Shown here: in pieces, positions 50,900 to 63,925 of the stretch
Position numbering within the stretch: position 1 is the first letter of the stretch
How the letters are laid out: the number at the start of each line of letters is the position of its first letter
Source of the DNA: Catajapyx aquilonaris
Lineage: Eukaryota
Length of the DNA stretch: 64,000 nucleotides
Reading direction: 5' to 3'
NCBI GenBank assembly: GCA_000934665.2
Contig: KZ538256.1
Coordinates: 1-64,000, forward strand
Notes under the pieces: generated by a model
The model's database searches: none
What the model saw: the letters and a program-made list of their open reading frames with translations, nothing else
What the model was told of the DNA's origin: nothing
Program-made: the position numbers and the translations under genes

Positions 50900-53800
50900 T
50901 GCCACACTCTCTGCCCGCTCTGCAACCCTCCCACCAACGAGGGGCCTCCTTCACGCACGCCCTCGCGCGCAGACGCCCCCTGCTGCTGCCCCCCACCATA
51001 GATAGATCCCCTTTAGTCCACCTTGGGCCACCGCAATGCCTAATGGGGCCTAAGTCCAATGTTCGCCCGATAGCCAAATGAAGGCCGGCCAAGCTTACTC
51101 AATACGTGGGGATACACAGCCACTTGGCCCTTTATCCGACGGGTGTTAGCCACTTTGCAGGAACCCGGGATCTCTTACGGACTACCGGAAACTGGGTATT
51201 GGCATATGAGCATGTATCGGATCTCGATAGCTACACTCAACGTAAATTGCATTTGCTGTTCAAGTTGGCTCGCGGGNNCCCCCCCCCCTCCATATATGAA
51301 CCACAAACAAATGATGCACTGTGAAAATCATAGTGCTCGACAAACAGGAATGTTCCGTATCCCAAGGCGGGACATGAATTACAGTGCCCACTTCCCAAAT
51401 TGAAACGTCGCTCAGGAGACTTAAATAATAAATACTCCAAAGATGCTCAGTTTGCGCGGCCCTCAAAGTTGGTTTGGCAACATAATTGGACGGGACGGCT
51501 CCTGGCGACTTGGCTCAAAGGGACTGCCCAACTTGTTACACTCGCAAGTTAACACATGTGATGGCATGAGCGATGGCGCGACTAATTGGCCAAACGGGTC
51601 TAAGCCTATAGGAGCACGCCAGGTTAAGTCCACTTCGCAAAACCCGCTCTGTGCAATCCCTATACCCGAAGGGCGTTGTTCTGCGTATTGCACAAAGCAT
51701 CAAAGCCCGGTCATACGCGGAGGAATCCCCCCCCCCNTAATGTGTTTACTATATTTTTCAGCGCCCATCTCCCGGACTCGCAAGGCTGCACTGAATTTGC
51801 ATGCGGCTGGGTCAGACAGCATCGACCTTCTGGTAAATTGGCTGCCCTTATGCACAATGCAATCAAACCGTCCCGACTCTATTAAAAAATGAAGTATTGC
51901 CTGCTCGAGCTGATATTTGTCTGGGGAGTTACATGCCGGGGTGAATCTACATTTACTGTACCCAACTTTAGATTGTTTACTGCAAACTAATCACACCCGT
52001 CGCATACAGATCCCAAATTACCCCGCCCTTGTCACATTAAAAAAAAAACACACACACACCTTTTAACCTGCCTGAATCTCATTAGAAAATTTACTCCTAG
52101 CAACCTATCTTCACATTCCGGGATATTCCTTCCTTGCAACATCTCCTGGAAAGTCTCTGAATAATTTCCCAGCCCCTTTAGCTATACGTTGCCAGCAGCA
52201 AGGCCTGAGTGACGAGACCTGGTTTTCCTAAGGGACGATACGGTCGCAGGTCAAATAAGAGCATTAATTGCTGGCGGCATAGTGCGAGGAACCTCCGGGG
52301 AGCAATTGCCATGGCTGTTACTCGTATCCCAGGCCGCCTTTCCGTCTCCGTGATGAACCCTTGCCAAGGTATAGGTACATCTACTAAGGATAAATGGGTG
52401 ATAATTTCATGGGTCCTACCACGGTCCAGTATAGTCCCAATCAAGTACAACTACTGATGTACACAAAAAAGGTCCAACAAGTGTGCCATTATTATTCAGT
52501 TGTATCGGTATACCTTCAGGCTTTGAGTCAGAAGCTTCCTTTATGCAGATCATATTTCGTTACTGAAATCACATAACGTCTGCGTCACAAAGGCAGATGG
52601 GTTTAATGAAAAACAGGCACTGTATCGCGCCTTTTATGTTCTGAACTTTTATTGCATTTCTGTAGCTTCCGTTCGTATACATAAATGCGGCATTAAAAAG
52701 CAGGTACGGGTCGGACGTTTTCCGAATATAAGTGGAAAAATCAACTGTATGCTACGGGTATAAATTGGACACCAAAATTCAACGCGATGTCCAGGCAAAT
52801 TGCAGCTCCGTATAGAGACCGCAATGGCCACGGCCGATAACAAATCTCCATTTTCCTGAGCCAAAGCACCAACATTTAGCTTCCTGATTAAATTTATATA
52901 GGCCACAACTACGGGTGGGGGCTGACCCAAAACAAAAAAAAGGCGTGAAAAGGCAGTGTGTAGCCATATTGTGGACATTGTAAAGGAAAAATAGCGCCAG
53001 TGCGGCCTTCCCACGGTTTAATGTGTTCAAATATGTTATACTCAAACGGTCTTATAAGGTCTGAAAACTTCCCATCTTATCGCCGTGCCCTTATCAGCTA
53101 CCACCAGTGGGGAGATGGGTTGCCGCTCCGGCGCTGGTGTTGTTGCCAGCACGGGGACGTCTCCATAAGGCTAGGCTAGAAGTGTCAGGACACTCCAACC
53201 CATTTTGCGACGAACAGAGAAAAACTCCCCGTCTTTTTCAATCTCCTACACTTCCTCTGATTAGCTCCCTACTTTCATGTACTGTGTCCATTTCATGCGC
53301 CAGGTAGCACACAGCGAATTCCCTCTTGAAAATCCCTCCACGGTCTGTCACTCTCCAGGTACAAATGGGATTACATCTGATTGAATACTTCCTTCAAGTT
53401 ATGGTAGATTAATTTCTCGCGTTCAACGTAGCCCCCTCCAGTGCAAGGCTTTGCCAATCCTAAGTCGGACGCGAAGCAATCTAATCCGATCTGCAAGTTG
53501 TTGCGAGGAACGTCTTTTAATCCTATTGACTTCCATCCGGAGAAACCTTCTCAAATATTGTTTTCAACTTGCAGCTTTAACATATCACTGCAGATCCCAC
53601 AAAATATTGTTAGAGTAGGATTAAATAGTTACCGCACTTAACTTGTGACGTTCTTTCGAGCAGACCAAGACTTGAACCCTAATGAGTCCTTTTCAAAAAC
53701 TAGCTACTAATCGCAAATGCTATTAGCTGCAAATTGAGATTCTTTTTTCACCAACTCCCACACGCATGTACTACATGAAATGACTATTGGAATTTCTACC

Positions 53801-56800
53801 ATTAGCAGATCCGCCAATTCAAAACGCCGCCATTGTAACGACCTACCGCCGATATACGCCTAGCACGTAACCCCAATAAATTACCTAAGTTGTGCGGGCG
53901 CATAAGGATTACAAATTTAATTACTAATTACGTGTAGGGGTGGGATAAAAAAAACACAGGGTGGCATAAAAATAGTCGTGACCGGGTTTAATTCGAATGT
54001 TAAGACACAGGGAACGTCCCATGCACTTTTTTAAAACGACACCATCTGCATAGTTTATACTGTGTGAACCGATGTGACAAATTTACAAATTTATCTTTTG
54101 GCCCGGGCACAATGCATGCATCAGTCCGGGGGATGAACTCGTTTCTCCCCCTACCATCACTTAACAGGCTAATAATCACTGTATCGAAATCAGAGGGGGG
54201 GGATGCGCCTGCATTGTTCCTCCAATCGCACCATTTTGCTAAATTGCCCCGGATAATGAATGAGTCAGGGAACGGCACACATGCAAACATATACCCACAC
54301 GCGCTGGCGGAACAAATAATAGAGACGCGCCACGTGTGTGTGCCGTCGGGAATAGTCGCGTCCCATGTGATCAGCATGTGTGTCCAAAAGCTGACCGTGT
54401 CACGCAACGTCACGCCGAATTTAAAATTCGGCTATAATTGAATTTTAATATTTCAATTAGGATAAGCGTGACGTATATGTCACGGTCCATCACAGTGTCA
54501 AGTGACGTCATTTGTGGTTACCCCCGGATTCTACCCCGTGCGGTAAACTCTGCAGCGGCATCATGTGGCCATTATTCCGGTTGGATCTCTTTACCCGGGG
54601 AGGGATGAGGGTGTCGCGGGGGAGACAAGCGGTCCGAAAACACATGCATAAATGCAAATAACTGCTACCAAATCGGATTTGGGCACGAATCGATCGGGAA
54701 CGTGTGTCCATCACGAGTAACACGTCCCACATCATGTTCGTAGCGGGAGGTTTCGAGTGAGACATGAATCACTCCGCCATAATTGGGCCGACATTGCAAT
54801 TTTCAACACCCGCTCTTCCAAGCACTGACTATTGTTTCATACATATCTATTACTTTAGGGACTTTCGCCTCCCGATCACCCCGACCTGACGATCGATATA
54901 ACCCTTCACGTATTGAAGATATACAGGGTGTTCCAAACGTATACTATATACACCGACTCATAAAGGGCATGAAAATCAGCCATTTTGAATCCAGCTTATG
55001 GCCAATATTTTTAGAGCAACTTTTTTTAAAAAATGCTTGTCACGTAACATAACAAGTAACTTTGCGAACAAACTACTAAATTCCAATAGACTGATCAACT
55101 TTCTCAACCAGTGGCGTGGTCGTGTTTCCCAAGTTGAATCCGGTCTAATTGGAGGGAGCGGAATTAGAGAAAAGAAAGAAAAAATTCCCTGCAAAGCAGC
55201 TAAGGGCCTCGGGCTTAATCTTCCCAATCTCTAAAAAAAAAACAGATCCCAATGAAATGTGCTCCTATAAAGCCGTTATATTGGCAACAAGAGTAATCTT
55301 GGCATACTATTGGCTGCTTAAAACTCTCGTCACTCATCACACAGTGATATGAGTCGTGGGGGGGGGGNGGGGGGGAGAGCCAATTTCACCTGCCTTAAGA
55401 TATAGACTTTGGCGTGTGTGCATTATTAAAAGTCTCCAAGTTTCAGATCAGATTAGCATGCCATGAAAAGCCTTGACATAAAGCCAGGTATCATCTACTG
55501 GAGCTCCATACCAATATTATATGCACATAGTTCAGTAATCTTCAGGCATCTTGCACAATATTGCGCAATGTGCTCCAGATTCAAAATATGATGATGCACT
55601 GCCACATCCAGAACAAGAATTTTTAATTGGATTTTAGTAACAAACTTCTCAAGTTCGGGCCCAATTTTTTTTTGCTCGGACACAAATACCTTATTCAAGT
55701 TTCCTTAGAAGTAAACCTACTTTTCGATACACTTTCACAAAAAAAAGAAAAAAAAGAAAGTTGTTAAGCACCTTCCGGCCATAATCTGTGCATGACAGAA
55801 CTTCGTAAAAAATATATTCCATTCGGCTGCCAGAAAATGTTCTCTCCGGGGACAAAAAAAAGGGGCAGTTCCGTATAATTTCCTCCACAAATACAAAAGG
55901 ACCAATCCGTCTTTCTGCCTCCATTCCTTCTAGACAAACAAGAACATGTGCGGCAACAAAAAAAAGCGATTTGCATTTCTAAGATGTTTGCCCAACCATC
56001 TAAAGGTTGGAGAAACCTTGGCCATCCACCGTTTCATATGTTGGCACCACTGCTCCAGAATTGCCCGAATATCCTGCAGATTTGATCCAAGGGAAAACTC
56101 GTCTCCCTAGCTTATTACTCGATAGGGATTAAGTTCCTGTGTAGCTGCTATACGTAACGTGCCTTTCATTTTTTAACGCCTTTTCTTACATGCAATCTGC
56201 CTTCGCTAAGTGTGGAATTATGCAACAAGCTCCTTGGGAACATCACACATGTCCATGAGACTGCGGAGAAGGACGCGGCCCTAACCTTGAACCAATAAAC
56301 TACACGCGCGGGACTCGGCCCACATGAATACTTTTCGAAGTCATGATTTATGCAAGCCCTACATTGCATACAGCGTAAAACTATTTTGCAACTTGCTAAT
56401 TAGGTCAAGCTCGTATGTATTTTAAAGTGGCACCACTCTGGGACCCCCTACACTGTACATAATTCTACAACCTGAAATTCAGCAAACATGTGGTTTCCTC
56501 CCCCCCCCCTCTCACAGGTTCAGATGTAATAAGTCGTCAGCAGTAAATTTGCTGACTGGAAACACCTACTAATCAATTTGCACCGTAGGGCTTCCAGTTG
56601 ATGGATAGACAGCTCCCTATTAACATGTAGACATTTTTGATTAATCTCGTGCCGACCACCGAGCCGAGTAAATAATCAAACAGATCATACCAATACACAA
56701 GGCGATAGCAAAACTCCAATTAAATTCATGCCGCCCAACACGGGGGGCGAGAATGAATGATGTACCATATTGGGGGGGTACATCCAGCCTATAATGTATG

Positions 56801-59800
56801 TCCCATGTCGCAATCAGGTCAAACCTTAAAAATTCGTCGCACGAACTTTACAATATTCGCTTTCCGTACTATTCGGTGGGGTTGTTGCAACGTTGCGGTA
56901 TGAATCTTTTCTGACATGAGCATAAGCCGAGTATTATGGGCTCGCCCAAATCCTGGGTGGCGATGCCTCCCAGTAGATCCAGAAGACTTGAGAAATCCCC
57001 AACGGAGGAGACAAATGGTCCATCAACTTGGCAACATCATCCTGCGCCTTCCGGGAAAAGCTACGTTGCCGCATTCTGCCATAACCTTCGGCTCCAAAAC
57101 CCGCGTCTGCATACCCTCAAGTAATCAAATTTACCTACTCTATATACTGAAATAAAAAATGTGAAACCTAACAACTATGCCCTCTTTTTTTCCCTTCCAT
57201 AAACACAAAAGGGGCTACCTTAATTGATAGAGGCGTAGATTAAACAAAGAGCCCTAGTTTCGTTCCCCACTGAGGAATGAACCATGTGAATAATACATAG
57301 TATGTGAAGTTGCCTAACTACTATAATTTAATCAACACCGCGGTGTAGGTGAGCAACTTTAAACCTTTGTGCTCATTCACTTGGGCATTAATGAACTCAG
57401 CACGTCGAGTTCAAAATTGGCAGCTCGATGGATCAATCCGGATCCCACCCAATTGGCACAAATTTAGGATGAATTTTCGAAACGCACTATTTACCCTACT
57501 AAACTTCATGAAACTTGTAACAACATCGCTTTTTTTATTGATATTGCAAATTTGCCAACTTTGGCTACTACCTAAAAAAAAAAAAACATGTTACAGTGAT
57601 TGTTTCGGACCTGGAATGAAAGCCTGACCTTGCTCTATTGTCACCAATCGACTCTTCAACTCCTTTTGTGAACCTCCTTCCATTCCTGGGTGGGCTTATT
57701 CTAATTAATTCGGCAGCCTGGATGCGCCGCAATTGGCTGCCTGACTGAATGGCATAAGCGGTCTGGGCAATCATAAAAGCTCGGAGCGATATTGCTGACC
57801 ACTTAGCCGCAGCCAAGTTCAGGATTTTACGGCCGGTTTATGCCACGCCAAAAACCTTGGGAATTGAGGGGCTCGTCATCAGATTGAGGTTGAGCCAATA
57901 AGGAGCCGAAATAAGAATCAGGTCTGATAAAGACATTGCTCATGAACATGACTTTAATGGTGAGCAAAATTTACATCTACTGATAAAAAGTTATGCTCTG
58001 AAGACATATTAATCACAGTATGCGACAAAACGACCGATTGTATCACATTTTGGTGCGACGGCTCCTTTACCAAACTGAACCAGGAATACTGCCAAAAATG
58101 TCGCTCTTGAATAAACAAAGCGCGAATTAGCCAAAAATTGCTTAAATCGAGCCCAGATTTGATTGGATCCGGTTCGTCAACCATGAGCAATCCAATTGCT
58201 TTCAATACCAAATCGACAAATCTTGTTTGGAGTGTCAGACCTTCCCGCAATAAATCCCCACGAGTCTCTTCACCTACAATAGCCTATAATTTGATTAGCT
58301 CCAAGCAGCTACCGACATGGATCAAGTTGTCACCTAGACCCCAAATCCTAATTTCGAAAATTCCTTTTTCCCTACCTTCCAATATCCCCCCAGCACCCTC
58401 ACCACCCGGGACATATTAGATCGCAAGCACCCCCCACCTTATTAATTTGGGAAACCCACCCACCAAACCCCCTGAGGCTATTCGTAGGGGGGTCTCTATA
58501 GATTCTCCTACTGGATTTTCCAACCCTGGCAACTTTCCAGGGTCCTTTCCTCCCCAAGATTTCTCTGCTGCCAGCAAGATTGAGGATTGGCGAAACACGG
58601 CCCATTTCAACCAGAGCCGGATTTCCATTACTATTTAGCTGCAAATGGGTTTTACTTCGCTAGGACCTTTTAAAAAAACCGGCTTTCTACAGACTTGTCT
58701 TGATGTTGTCCCGCACTGTATCGCCACTGGATATAAAAAAAAGGAAGTTCGAAGATCCATCAAGGTTGCGACATCCACGTTGGTTAGTACCTTGTGTTAT
58801 GCATGCGTCTGGCGTTTTGGAGCACCCTTTCGATGCTCTCAACCTAGCCTTTCAAGTAGGCATATAAGGCGGCTTAAATGGCCCGCTCTTGTATGCGCTG
58901 GATAAACAACGGAACGTAGTATGAGCACAATGCCTTGGAGGGAAAAAGATGACGGCTTGACCGTTAGAAACCTCCTACGTGCAATACGTGCCCTGAAGCT
59001 GCTCAAACTTCTCTTTTCTGAGCACTCCAGTCTGGAACCACCCGCCCACCCCTAGGCCGTGACTATCTCGCCGAATGACGTTTAGACAAACTGCCCTTGT
59101 TACGACTTAACTGTGCGTAAGAGCTGCCAAAATTTTCGAAGAAGCTGTTCGGTATACGAGCTATACTCGAAAAGTCACGTGTACTTCCAACATGTCAAAT
59201 TCAGATACCGTACTGTATGCAAATTTACAACACTCAAACTATATGTAATATTTGACGCAATATTTGATTATAAATTCACGCTCCAACTGTAACACTTGGA
59301 GAAATCTTCGCTTTGTCGCTTCCAAGTCTAAGCACAGTTTATTTCCTTTGAGTCCCCAAACTTCTGTTCGCACACTCCGGTACAGTATACCCATCAGTAC
59401 ACACCTAGCTCCGTTCCGCACACCGACTCGACCAAATTAAATTCGGGCAAATTCTCTTATTTTCCTCCCAGTGTCGACTTTGTTTTGGAAGCCTTTCGAG
59501 GGCAGTCCCCGTCGGTTTTGCGAAGGCGCACCGGCACATTGAAGATCGATGGCCCGAGACCCCTACGTGGTCCGCCTCCTAAAACCCCTCCGGAGACCCC
59601 GGGGCCGGACATCCATTTCCTCCAGCCACACCCAGGCTGCCACTCGCACTGCATTCATTCCTCACACCCACTGCTCATGGCCAAGCGTCAACTCGACCCC
59701 GCTGTCTTATTCACGGAGCACGACTTCATTTCTTCCGGAGTTACACTTGTACTACTGCATCTATCTTGGTAGCTGTCAACGGCCAGGCTAACAAGACTCG

Positions 59801-59918
59801 ACTCATTGCTCGCATTTTCAGGCCCTCTTATGGAACTGGCAGCCTAATTAGGTCGAACTTATGGGGCATGAAGTTGAAACTACTCGAGGTCATCTTAGGA
59901 TCCTAAAAATGACCCCTT

Positions 59919-60077
59919 CTGCCGTCCCAAGGAGAAACTGTAAAACTAGTAAGGGTGAAACTCGCATGCATGTCCTGCACTAATCCCCCATGACTCAGAC
60001 GGTATTAGTGCAGGGCATGCAAGCGACCTTCACCCTTACTAGTTTTGCAGTTTGGGTGTTTCTTCTTGGGACGGTAG
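59919..60077. mobile_element. Palindromic MITE-like element, ~159 bp
   Basis: Inverted arms CTGCCGTCCCAAGGAGAAAC-TGTAAAACTAGTAAGGGTGAA...TGCACTAAT / ATTAGTGCA...TTCACCCTTACTAGTTTTGCAG...TTCTTGGGACGGTAG with a ~19-nt loop. No clear TSD. Confidence 0.7.
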
Positions 60078-63000
60078 TGCAGCCTCCATGTCCACCATCT
60101 GGCCATCACAATTCAATTCAACTGCATCCAACGTCGACTCGAATCACTCCCTACAAGAAAGAGGTTGGTTTTGAAACTGCCATCTCAGACACCGGCCACA
60201 AGCAGTTAAGAGCTGGATGAGGTTCCCGAAAGAGCCCGGTCCTACTACCCACCCAGAGCATTAGCTTCCCACAATGCCCACCTCATTTTACACCCGAATA
60301 ATGTGTGTTTTACGACTGGACGGGGGCCCTTCCGACCCGGTTTTTTCTAGCAGTATACCTTCTCCGCAGTCCACGAATTCCTGGCAAGCCCCCGTTTTTT
60401 TTTTCTTCGCGCACATGATAATATTTTTTTTTGCCACAAGCCACAACTTCATTAAATATGCCAGACGGAGTCTGCAACATGCAGGTCGATTTCAATATCT
60501 CTTGCAGCTAGCTACCCGTCCACGAGAGGGTGATATTATTTCCTGGTACGACACTGCGCGCAATAAATCCGGCATTGTTTTTCAATGAAGGCTATGAATT
60601 TGCCGTCATATGCAGTAGCCTACGGTATTTCAAGATGATTTTTTTTTTGGTCACAATTCGAGACCATGCGTCCATTAATGAGGCGGCGAGTTATGATTTT
60701 ATGACCGTTTATGGTCTATTTGCCCGCATAAATGGCAACCCCTGTTATTTACGACACGTGAAATAATAGTCGACATAAAAGTTTATATCGTTAAAATAGC
60801 CGCGAATAACCGCCTAAGAAAATTCCAAACTTTTACCTGATATTTTTCCCCCTTCAGAACCCTGGGAAAAAAACAACTTTTGGCATGAATTTCAAAGTGT
60901 GCTCCAAGATGCACGGCAGTTTCAAACTTTTATTTGAGCTGAAAACACCGGAGAGACTCCAAAAAAATTTCTATGGTCCAGGGGTAGAAAATCTTCGTCC
61001 GGGTCATACATTCGCACTTAACACCCCTCTGATCCAGTTCCAGCAGCGGTAAATCATAGACCCCCCCAACCCTTGCAATTAACGGCCCTAGAACTGGGGG
61101 GTACTCTTTCCAGTCGGTGCAACCGGTGCGGACCAGTTACCGATTCCGAATGGAACATTAACTCCACTGTGAACTGTTATATCAATCAGGGGCCCAACCA
61201 AGAGTACCGGGTAGCTCGCAATTAACTCCATGTTCGGACACGTATAAGAGAAAACTAACATCCCCCCCTTTTCCTTTTCATCGTCGGTAATTCCGGTCCT
61301 TCGCACGTTTGACCAACCATTTACCAATGCTCTGAAGTTGCTTGCTCGTATGGAATGTCACGGAGCGCCCCAATAATGGCACATCCTGTACCGATAATAA
61401 TTCGGTGCGTACCAGACGTCATACCCGTTGAATTCTGGACGCCAAAGCGACTGATGCAGTTAATTTCCTCTTGCATACGCTCCATCGTCCTTTTGGGACA
61501 CAGCAGGAAGAATGTGTCATCTTACGTATCGCAAGCAGTCAACAGATAGCATCCCTCGCCTTCTTTTTCATTGCCCGTATTTTTTCCTCGAGCTCAAGAC
61601 AGCGTGCAACCCTTTTTTCTTCCCCGGCACTGGTCCAACTACCATTCACGCTAGAACTGCTCGAAACTTACGCCCCGCAGTCACGTGAACTCGGTACCCC
61701 TTAGCTTCGGCTGTAACATGATTTACTGGGTGAGGCGATCCGCAAAAGGCCGCTCCCTTTTCTGGCTACGGGAGAAATCACCAAGAGATACTGTACGCCA
61801 CCATTTTTTTTTCTCGTCTTTCAGAGTCTTCCAACTCAGATATCAAAGTTGCACCGGACGAAAAGTGAACCGACGTACGGAATGTAAATGCCGCACAAGA
61901 AGGGCTCCGGCAGCTGCAGTGTATGGTAATATCACACGAGTGGGCAGATGTTAGAGAATAATTAATGCGATTTCGCAGTAGACGTAACGGCCATGTTCCT
62001 AGAAAAGAGGGGGTTAGTTGGACTATTATCCGGGTCTGGGAAAACGACCCAATGGAACGTTCTGAGGAAATGGACGGTCCAGTGTCACTTTTCGCCACCG
62101 GGGCGCTATCAGGCTTCCAGTGGAGGTTATTGCAAAAGGCGGTTATTCCGGCAGACTGGCCAAAGGGGCAAAAAAAAATCCGACAAGTGTTTTCACTTTA
62201 AATCCAGAAAGAGCTGCAATATTAGACTTTTTGCTCATTTGTAATGTACACGGTGGAATTACCCGGTGCCACGCGTCTGATTTGCATAACAAAACAGTCA
62301 GTCGACAGTTTTCTGATATTATGAAACACACGGTATACATTTGTTAAAAAACCGTAACTCCCAACACCATCCTGTCGACGTGGTCTACTTTGGAGGTGTC
62401 CACTAAATTCGCTAATGGTTTGAACCTATTCTTGTCCAGCCTGAAACCCTGTCAGACACCGCATTGTAGCCGGCCATGCACAATAGCCCTCCATTTTTCG
62501 GCGTGTCGCTGGTCCTGAAAATAGGGAAGCAGCATCGGACCTGATCCCGGATGCACAATTATTCATTCCGGAGCACTATTGAAGAGTCACCCCCCTAAAA
62601 AAAACTTTGAATTGTTTGGCCATCATCAGTCGGGGCTTTTCCACATCCCCCCAAGCCTCCTATCGAAAACGGTCCTTCGGCTCCAAAAAAATTCGGGAGC
62701 TCCATCGTCCGGGTCATTCAGAACGGACGTTCTTCACTCAACAGGTAAGCTCTGGGGAATTCGCGTTTGCAAAAGAGGAGGATCTCTTGAGGTCATCGGG
62801 CGAGGTCGGTCCGCTGCCAGTTTCGCCGTAATGAAAATTTATCGCCCTAAAACCCACTCGAGAAAACAAAAACCGAATTTTACTGCAGCAGCCGTCGTGT
62901 CATTTCCTCGGAGAAATAAAATACCGGGGGTTCCTGTGCCGTACCGGAGGGAGGGTGTACAGTAGTGATTTTGATTGCAAAATACCGGTGTGCATGCGGA

Positions 63001-63893
63001 ATGATCCGAGACATAATTAGTTTGCTTATCCGGTTTCGTTGATGTCAGGATCGCTTTGCCTGTCTCATGTTCCGAATGATCCGGGGCAAGCTATTCGGAT
63101 CCTTACTGTTTGACGACTGCCCGAATTATATTGCGAAGGATGGGTTGAAGCCCAATGGCTTCTGACAGTTTGCTGAAGTTCGGCACCAATTTTCGGAGCA
63201 GTGGAAAGTCGCTTTTAATCATCAAAATCTGTTGAGATAACCAGAACCTCAAATGGAATATTACGATAGAAATATCGCGCTCCATTTTTTAAAAAACCGC
63301 GAACTTCATGCGTTTTAAATTAGGTTTGAATCATCCTGTGTACACGGACCAAAAAAAGGTGACTTCCAAAAAAATTGATTCCTGGAGCAATATCCAACTT
63401 ATTACGTTACACATTTCAGAAGCCAATTGCAAGCCAGGTTCCCCGAGGCTAGGTACAAGTACTGGACTATTTTCTGACAAGTGCTGGGCTTACCTCTCGG
63501 GCGCTTAATGAAAGCTGCAGAGAATGGCAGCTTCCGATATTTATCTGCCCTACTTCTCCGGGCGATACCATACTCTCTACGGTACTGCCCATTCCACTGC
63601 CTTCTCTGCTCTCCGCACATTACACAACGTAGGTATTTTTTTTTTCTTTCTTTTCTGGCGAGACTAATGCAACATTCAGCAAGGGATGCAGACAGGGCCA
63701 ACCCAGCTCCATGAAATTTTCATTGTTTCCTTCTGAATGAGAAAACTCAGTTGCTGCACCGAAGCGATTACAATGGGAATGGTGTGTATTTTTCTTACAC
63801 GCGGTGCGTCCAAATGGCTCCGGAGTTCAGAGTAAACTTTTAACGTCCCGGTACCGGATTATTACGGCACATTTCAGCCGGTTCCAAATTAGA

Positions 63894-63925
63894 ACATACC
63901 TGGAAAAAAGACAAAAAAAAGTCAG
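63894..63925 (-). other. Candidate recursive splice site (ratchet point) RS-A
   Basis: The minus strand has branch-point motif CTGAC (63925-63921), a T-rich pyrimidine tract ending ...gtcttttttcCAG, then immediately the donor hexamer GTATGT. Junction at 63900/63899. Confidence 0.6.

Noticed and set aside
50240..51001. Longest ORF (253 aa, + strand)
   Set aside because: Antisense shadow of the GC-rich exon. The VRMR repeats are the reverse complement of the His-Pro codons, and splice signals support the minus strand.
54922..54935. TA-CAGGGTGTTCCA mariner-like terminus (also a similar end near 63330-63342)
   Set aside because: No matching partner TIR or transposase remnant found.
57566..57595. 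Minus-strand poly-T TAG|GTAGTA
   Set aside because: The regenerated donor is non-consensus, and poly-T runs are common.
62730..62750. Plus-strand ttcttcactcaaCAG|GTAAGC
   Set aside because: Interrupted pyrimidine tract, isolated, and no plus-strand gene evidence.
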